Shown: positions 58,926 through 64,000 of the stretch, piece by piece
Numbering within the stretch: the stretch's first letter is position 1
Layout of the letters: each line of letters starts with the position of its first letter
NCBI GenBank assembly: GCA_934162445.1
Contig: CAKPIT010000002.1
Coordinates: forward strand, 11,101 to 75,100
Source of the DNA: an uncultured Bacilli bacterium
GTDB lineage: Bacteria > Bacillota_I > Bacilli_A > RF39 > UBA660
Direction: 5' to 3'
DNA length: 64,000 nucleotides
Translations under genes and position numbers: made by a program
The notes under the pieces: generated by a model
Seen by the model: the letters and a program-made list of their open reading frames with translations, nothing else
What the model was told of the DNA's origin: nothing
The model's database searches: none

Positions 58926-59108
58926 ATGGTGAAGAATAAAGAAAAATTTGAATTCAATACGTGTGTATTGTACTTGCTGTATGTTTTACTTGCAGTTATG
59001 GTAATACTTGATAAGGATATAATTGATATAGTTTATTTCGGATTAATGTCTATATTATTGGGTAAATTACATTTTATTAGAAGAAAAAAGAAAAGTACTA
59101 AGAAGTAA
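58926..59108 (+). CDS. Possible small membrane protein
   Basis: 60 aa with two hydrophobic segments and a basic tail; AGGAAAGGA RBS. No homology recognised. Confidence 0.35.
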   Translation: MVKNKEKFEFNTCVLYLLYVLLAVMVILDKDIIDIVYFGLMSILLGKLHFIRRKKKSTKK

Positions 59109-59154
59109 TAAATAGTGCTTTTCTTGTGTTATAATAAATTTAGGAAGTGAAAAT

Positions 59155-59925
59155 ATGTTAGTAGATACACATTGCCATTTTGAAGATGAGGATTATCAGA
59201 ATCTAGCTAGTATTATTAGTGATAATTTAAAATCTTCAGTTTTAAGGATGGTAGTTTCTTTATGTAGTTTGGAAGACATTAAAAAATATATAGATTTTGA
59301 TTATGATGATATTATATATTTAACAATTGGATATCATCCAGAATATGCATCCTTTATAACTTGTGATGATTTAATTTTTTTGAAAAAAATGTTGAAGAAA
59401 TCAAAAGTTGTTGGAATTGGAGAAATTGGTCTTGATTATCACTATGGCAAAGATAATAAAGATAAACAAATATGGTTATTCGAAGAACAGTTAAAGATTG
59501 CTAGTGAGTTTAATTTACCAGTTGTTATTCATACAAGAGATGCTACTATGGATACTATAAATATTTTAAAGAAGTATAAGATAAGAGGAATAATTCATTG
59601 TTTTAGTGGAAGTTTGGAAGTTGCAAAAGAATATATTAAGATGGGCTTTTATTTAGGAATTGGGGGAGTTGTTACTTTTAAAAATTCTAAATTAAAAGAG
59701 GTTTTAAAAAATATTTCTTTAGATCATATTGTGCTTGAGACGGATAGTCCTTATTTAACGCCTGAACCATATAGGGGAAAGAGAAATTCATCTAAATATT
59801 TAAAAGAAGTATGTTTATTTCTTGCTTCTTTATATGACTCTTCTTATGATGATATTGCAAATATTACTACTAAAAATGCTTATAGTTTATTTGGATTTGA
59901 TTTAAAGGATAAGGAGAATAATTAA
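59155..59925 (+). CDS. tatD: TatD-family metal-dependent hydrolase (YabD)
   Basis: LVDTHCHF, GEIGLDYHY, HTRDA, ETDSPYL. Confidence 0.94.
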   Translation: MLVDTHCHFEDEDYQNLASIISDNLKSSVLRMVVSLCSLEDIKKYIDFDYDDIIYLTIGYHPEYASFITCDDLIFLKKMLKKSKVVGIGEIGLDYHYGKDNKDKQIWLFEEQLKIASEFNLPVVIHTRDATMDTINILKKYKIRGIIHCFSGSLEVAKEYIKMGFYLGIGGVVTFKNSKLKEVLKNISLDHIVLETDSPYLTPEPYRGKRNSSKYLKEVCLFLASLYDSSYDDIANITTKNAYSLFGFDLKDKENN

Positions 59926-60513
59926 ATGGGTAAGAAGTACTTTAGTTATTTGGGTTTTGTAATAATAGTTTTTTGTTTAATATTTATTGTGGCAAGTGGT
60001 GATCATAAGTCCAGTAGTTTAGTGACTAATACTAATAGTGTTAAATCCTTGCAAGCTATGCATATTGTTAATAAATATAATTCTTTAAAGGAGGAGAAAA
60101 AGCAAAAAGAAATTACGGTATTTCCTTCTTTTTCAGAAGCAATTATGGTTGCTAGTACAACTCCGGTTGCTTTTATGGGAAAGTTAACTGCATATGGACC
60201 AGATTGTGTGGGTTGTTCTGGAAATAGTGCTTGTCCGCCACGACAAAATTTTAAAAAAGGCAATATTTATTTTAATGATCAAGATTATGGAACAGTAAGG
60301 GTAGTAGCTGCTGATAGGAGAGTTCCGTGTGGTAGTATTGTAAGAATTACAGGAGTAAATATTTATAGTGAATCTTTTCTAGCCGTTGTTATGGATAGAG
60401 GAGGAGCAATAAAGGAAAATCACTTGGATTTGCTTTTCACAAGTCAAAATAATTTGGAGGGATTTAGAACAAATAACAATATTAAATTCGAAATAATTAG
60501 ATATGGTTGGTAA
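59926..60513 (+). CDS. 3D-domain (RlpA-like double-psi beta-barrel) membrane-anchored protein, YabE-like core
   Basis: GKLTAYGPDCVGC...VAADRRVPCGSIVRI...VVMDRGGAIKENHLDLLF. Confidence 0.8.
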   Translation: MGKKYFSYLGFVIIVFCLIFIVASGDHKSSSLVTNTNSVKSLQAMHIVNKYNSLKEEKKQKEITVFPSFSEAIMVASTTPVAFMGKLTAYGPDCVGCSGNSACPPRQNFKKGNIYFNDQDYGTVRVVAADRRVPCGSIVRITGVNIYSESFLAVVMDRGGAIKENHLDLLFTSQNNLEGFRTNNNIKFEIIRYGW

Positions 60514-60593
60514 TTAGTGTAAATCTTTAAAAAAGGGGTTGCCTTTTTTTAAGGTTGTATGATATATTGGTATAGTAAAGGAGGAAACATAGA

Positions 60594-61241
60594 ATGAAAG
60601 ATAATAATTCTAAACAAGTGTTATTGTCTGTACTTGGAGTTGCTATTTTAGTTGTAGCTGTTGTAGGTGTGTCATTTGCAGCATTTGCTTATAGTAAAAC
60701 AGGTACTAACGTTAACGTTATTACTACTGGTACTATTACAATGGTTTATAATGATGAACAACCAACAATTGATATTAAAGATGCATTACCAATGAAAGAT
60801 GCAACTGGTATGGCATTAAATGGTGAAAAAGAAAAATTCGATTTCACTGTATCTGCTACAATCACTGGTACTACTTCTATCAACTACAAAGTTACTGCTA
60901 ATAAAGAAGCTAGTACTTTAGCTGATAACAACGTTAAAGTTTACTTAACTAAAGGTGCTGTAGAATCTGGTACTGAAGAAGCTTATGCTACTACTTCAAC
61001 ACCAAAAAGAGTATCTGAGTTAACTAAAGTTGGCGCTGATGATGTTAGTGGTGCTCCAGAAGGACAATATATTTTGGATCAAGGTACTTTCAGTGCTACT
61101 ACATCTAATCAATATAGATTAAGAATGTGGGTAGCTGATGATTACAATGGTACTACTGATGGTACTACTACTACTGATGGTATTGTTTCTCAAAATTATC
61201 AATTAAGAGTAAATGTCTATGGTAAAGCTGCTGCTCAATAG
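60594..61241 (+). CDS. Paralogue 1 of a secreted T/S/G-rich protein family with a TasA/camelysin-like (SipW-type) signal region
   Basis: AGGAGG RBS. N-terminus reads ...VGVSFAAFAYSKTGTNVNVITTGTITM, with C-terminal YRLRMWVADDY...YQLRVNVYGKAAAQ. The functional call is an inference. Confidence 0.6.
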   Translation: MKDNNSKQVLLSVLGVAILVVAVVGVSFAAFAYSKTGTNVNVITTGTITMVYNDEQPTIDIKDALPMKDATGMALNGEKEKFDFTVSATITGTTSINYKVTANKEASTLADNNVKVYLTKGAVESGTEEAYATTSTPKRVSELTKVGADDVSGAPEGQYILDQGTFSATTSNQYRLRMWVADDYNGTTDGTTTTDGIVSQNYQLRVNVYGKAAAQ

Positions 61242-61256
61242 TAAGTAGTGTATAAA

Positions 61257-61286
61257 TGTAAAACAGTAATGTTTTACATTTTTTTT
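61257..61286 (+). terminator. Intrinsic terminator after paralogue 1
   Basis: tgtaaaac-agtaat-gttttaca followed by T8. Confidence 0.8.
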
Positions 61287-61348
61287 GATTTAAATTATTG
61301 TTTTTAAAAAATATCTATGTTATAGTTTATTATAGAGGAGGAAGTAGA

Positions 61349-61999
61349 ATGAAGAACAATAATTCTAAACAAATATTGTTATCTGTAATTGGAATTGCTA
61401 TTTTAGTTGTAGCTGTAGTTGGTGTATCATTCGCAGCATTTTCTTATAGTAAAACTGGTACTAACTTAAACGTTATTACTACTGGTACTATTACAATGGT
61501 TTATAATGATGAACAACCTACAATTTCAATTGATAATGCATTACCAATGAAAGATGCAACAGGTATGGTTTTAAGTGGTACAAGAGAAAAGTTTGATTTT
61601 TCTGTAGCTGCTACTATTAGTGGTAGTGGTACAACTATCAACTATAAAGTTACTGCTAAGAAAGAAACTAGTACTTTACCTGACAATGCTGTTAAAGTTT
61701 ACTTAACTAAAGGTGCTGTAACTAGTGGTAGTGAAGTAGCTTATGCTACTACTAGTACTCCTAAAAAAGTATCTGAATTAAGTACTGTAACTGCTGGCGA
61801 TGTTAGTGGTGCAAAAGCTGGTGAGTACATTCTAGATAGTGGTACATTTACTGCTACTAAAACTAACCAATATAGATTAAGAATGTGGGTAGCTGATGAT
61901 TACAATGGTACTACAGATGGTTCTACTAGTAATGCTGGTATTACTTCTAAGAATTATCAATTAAGAGTAAATGTCTATGGTAAAGCTACTGCTCAATAG
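61349..61999 (+). CDS. Paralogue 2 of the same family
   Basis: GAGGAGGAAG RBS before the ATG at 61349. Nearly identical to paralogue 1 over the first ~70 aa. Confidence 0.6.
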   Translation: MKNNNSKQILLSVIGIAILVVAVVGVSFAAFSYSKTGTNLNVITTGTITMVYNDEQPTISIDNALPMKDATGMVLSGTREKFDFSVAATISGSGTTINYKVTAKKETSTLPDNAVKVYLTKGAVTSGSEVAYATTSTPKKVSELSTVTAGDVSGAKAGEYILDSGTFTATKTNQYRLRMWVADDYNGTTDGSTSNAGITSKNYQLRVNVYGKATAQ

Positions 62000-62017
62000 T
62001 AAGTAGTATGAAATAGG

Positions 62018-62048
62018 TGTAAAACATTTTGGTTTTACATCTTTTTTT
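62018..62048 (+). terminator. Intrinsic terminator after paralogue 2
   Basis: tgtaaaac-attttg-gttttaca followed by a T-run. Confidence 0.8.
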
Positions 62049-62113
62049 GTCATTAATATTGATTTTTAGGAATGGAATATGATATGCTTTTTATATAGTA
62101 AGGAGGTATTGTT

Positions 62114-62755
62114 ATGGAGGATAAAAATAAACAAATATTGTTATCTATTCTTGGAGTCGCTATTTTAATAGTTGCTGTTGTTGGAATTTCCTTTGCAGCA
62201 TTTGCTTATAGTAAAACAGGACAAAATATTAATGAGATTACTACTGGTACTATTACAATGGAATATACTGATAGTGAACCTACTATTAATATTAGTAATG
62301 CTTTACCTACAACGGATGCTACTGGTAAAATTTTATCTGGTACAAATCAATATTTTGATTTTACCGTAAAAGCTACTATTAATGGTAGTGGTACAACAAC
62401 TATTAACTACAAAGTTACTGGTAAACAAGAAACTGGTAGTTCTGATTTACCAAATACTGCTGTTAAAGTATATTTAACAAAAGGTGCTGTAACTAGTGGT
62501 AGTGAAGTAGCTTATGCGACTACTAGTACTCCTAAATTAGTGTCACAATTAACAGTTGTTGGTAGTAATGATATTAGTGGTGCTGCTTCAGGTGAGTATA
62601 TTTTAGATAGTGGAACGTTTACAGCTACTACTACTAATAAGTATCGTTTGAGAATGTGGATTGATAATGATTATACTGGTGATGCAAGTGGTGATATTAC
62701 ATCTAAATCTTATAAATTAAGAGTAAATGTTTATGGTAAAGCTGCTGCACAATAG
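62114..62755 (+). CDS. Paralogue 3 of the same family
   Basis: AAGGAGG RBS and the same N- and C-terminal signatures. Confidence 0.6.
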   Translation: MEDKNKQILLSILGVAILIVAVVGISFAAFAYSKTGQNINEITTGTITMEYTDSEPTINISNALPTTDATGKILSGTNQYFDFTVKATINGSGTTTINYKVTGKQETGSSDLPNTAVKVYLTKGAVTSGSEVAYATTSTPKLVSQLTVVGSNDISGAASGEYILDSGTFTATTTNKYRLRMWIDNDYTGDASGDITSKSYKLRVNVYGKAAAQ

Positions 62756-62769
62756 TTAGTTGTTAAGTT

Positions 62770-62795
62770 GAGTAGATTATATCTACTCTTTTTTT
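62770..62795 (+). terminator. Intrinsic terminator after paralogue 3
   Basis: gagtagat-tat-atctactc followed by T7. Confidence 0.8.
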
Positions 62796-62852
62796 ATGGA
62801 CTTGATTATCTATATGGTTTGTGCTATATTTTATTATAGAGGAGGAGCTATT

Positions 62853-63473
62853 ATGGATAAGGGGAATGTTAAAAAAGTTAGTGATGGTGATAATTTTAGA
62901 TCTACTATAATGATAATAATAGCTATAATCATTTTGTTATTAATGGTAGTAGGGGCTTCTTTAGCAGCTATTATTTATAGTAAGACTGGTGAGAAAATAA
63001 ATAGAATAACTACTAGTACTATTACGATGAGTTATAATGAAAAAACAAATGGGATAAATATAACTAATGCTTATCCAATAACAGATGAAGTTGGTAAAAA
63101 ATTAAGTGCTACTAACGAATATTTTGATTTTACGGTTAGTGCTACAACTAATAATACGGCTATTAATTATGCAATTTGTGGAAGTAAGGAAAGTAGTAGT
63201 ACTTTAGAAGATGATGCGGTTAAAGTATATTTGACTAATACAGATAATAATAAAGTTTTATTACAGCCAACAAAAATATCGGCTTTAGATAAAACTGATA
63301 ATAAAATTTCTTTTGCTCCAAGTTTACAATATATTTTGTATAAGGGAACTTTTAATAATAGTGAAACTGTTAATTATCGATTAAGAATGTGGATTGCTAG
63401 TGATTATAATGTAACTGGTACTTCTAAATCTTATATGTTACGTGTTAATGTTTATGGGGCAAGTAGCAAATAA
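62853..63473 (+). CDS. Paralogue 4 (divergent) of the same family
   Basis: GAGGAGGAG RBS before the ATG at 62853. Retains AAIIYSKTGEKINRITTSTITM, YFDFTVSAT, AVKVYLT, YRLRMWIASDY and LRVNVYG. Confidence 0.55.
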   Translation: MDKGNVKKVSDGDNFRSTIMIIIAIIILLLMVVGASLAAIIYSKTGEKINRITTSTITMSYNEKTNGINITNAYPITDEVGKKLSATNEYFDFTVSATTNNTAINYAICGSKESSSTLEDDAVKVYLTNTDNNKVLLQPTKISALDKTDNKISFAPSLQYILYKGTFNNSETVNYRLRMWIASDYNVTGTSKSYMLRVNVYGASSK

Positions 63474-63497
63474 AAGTGTTTTATACACTTTTTCTTT
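63472..63497 (+). terminator. Weak intrinsic terminator after paralogue 4
   Basis: aagtgt-ttta-t-acactt followed by a short T-run. Confidence 0.45.
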
Positions 63498-63549
63498 ACC
63501 TTGAAAATTTAATGTGATACAATTAGTTTAGAGTATGAGGGAGTATATT

Positions 63550-64000
63550 ATGAATAATGAAAATTATGAACAAGAAATAAAAAGAGAAAAAAATAGTCGA
63601 TTATTTGTTATTATTATAGCTTTCTTAATTTTTATCATTATGGTTGTGGGCGTTAGTATGGCGGCTATTACTTATACTAATACTAAAAACAGTATTAATA
63701 CAATTAGTACTGGTAATGTTTATATGAATTATAATGAGGATTCTAACGGTATTAATATTACTGATGCTTATCCAATTGCAGATGAAGTTGGTAAAAAATT
63801 AATGTCTAAGGGTGAATATTTTGATTTTTCAGTGACGGCTAAATTTGAAGGTAAATTAGTAGCTGATTATGAAATATCAGCTTTAAAAGAGGCTGATTCA
63901 ACACTTAGTGATGATGCTGTTAAGTTATATTTAGAAAAGTATGAAGATGGTAATTATGTAGAAGTGATGGCTCCTAAAAGTTTTACACCATTAAAAGAAA
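63550..64000 (+). CDS. Paralogue 5 (divergent); 3' end runs off the window
   Basis: Own translation: MNNENYEQEIKREKNSRLFVIIIAFLIFIIMVVGVSMAAITYTNTKNSINTISTGNVYMNY...YFDFSVTAK...AVKLYLEK. GAGGGAG RBS. Not in the ORF track because it is open-ended. Confidence 0.55.
   Translation, partial: MNNENYEQEIKREKNSRLFVIIIAFLIFIIMVVGVSMAAITYTNTKNSINTISTGNVYMNYNEDSNGINITDAYPIADEVGKKLMSKGEYFDFSVTAKFEGKLVADYEISALKEADSTLSDDAVKLYLEKYEDGNYVEVMAPKSFTPLKE

Noticed and set aside
60594-63473. Paralogue family read as type IV pilins or competence pseudopilins (tempting because comK is in the window)
   Set aside because: The N-termini lack the class III signal (a short basic leader, then G/A followed by F-T-L-x-E). 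The hydrophobic helix is instead followed by an AxA-like SFA|AF site and a TasA/camelysin-like strand.

Overview
This window is about 64 kb spanning the chromosomal replication origin of a very AT-rich, endospore-forming Bacillota (Firmicute). It uses the standard genetic code: TGA acts as a stop (e.g. gyrA) and Trp is TGG. Synteny is Bacillus-like. The left arm is almost all on the minus strand: mreB, murA, prfA/prmC, rpoE, argS, dnaB helicase, rplI, rpsR-ssb-rpsF, ychF, spo0J-soj-noc, rsmG-mnmG-mnmE, jag-yidC-rnpA-rpmH. A bipartite oriC flanks dnaA, with DnaA-box clusters on both sides. The right arm is all on the plus strand: dnaN, comK, recF, gyrB, gyrA, SRP RNA, tadA, dnaX-ybaB-recR-bofA, holB, ricT, trmN6, rsmI, pth, mfd, spoVT, T-box-metG, tatD and a 3D-domain protein. 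Sporulation genes are scattered through it (spoIIR, gerQ, spoVT, bofA, ricT and a SpoIIQ-like degenerate LytM protein). I found no rRNA gene, tRNA gene, CRISPR array or transposase.

Two things stand out. (1) A ~0.9 kb non-coding stretch between gyrA and the SRP RNA gene (44288-45185) holds five perfect Noc-binding-site palindromes (TATTTCCCGGGAAATA). They alternate with four perfect parS palindromes (TGTTTCACGTGAAACA) and one NBS/parS hybrid. The window also encodes a Spo0J-type ParB and an architecturally unusual Noc-type ParB whose recognition-helix signatures match the two palindromes. (2) From 60.6 kb to the window edge, where B. subtilis has rnmV-ksgA, sit at least five tandem, individually terminated paralogues. 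They encode ~210-aa secreted proteins with TasA/camelysin-like (SipW-type) N-termini, and they show a gene-conversion tract and high-expression codon bias.
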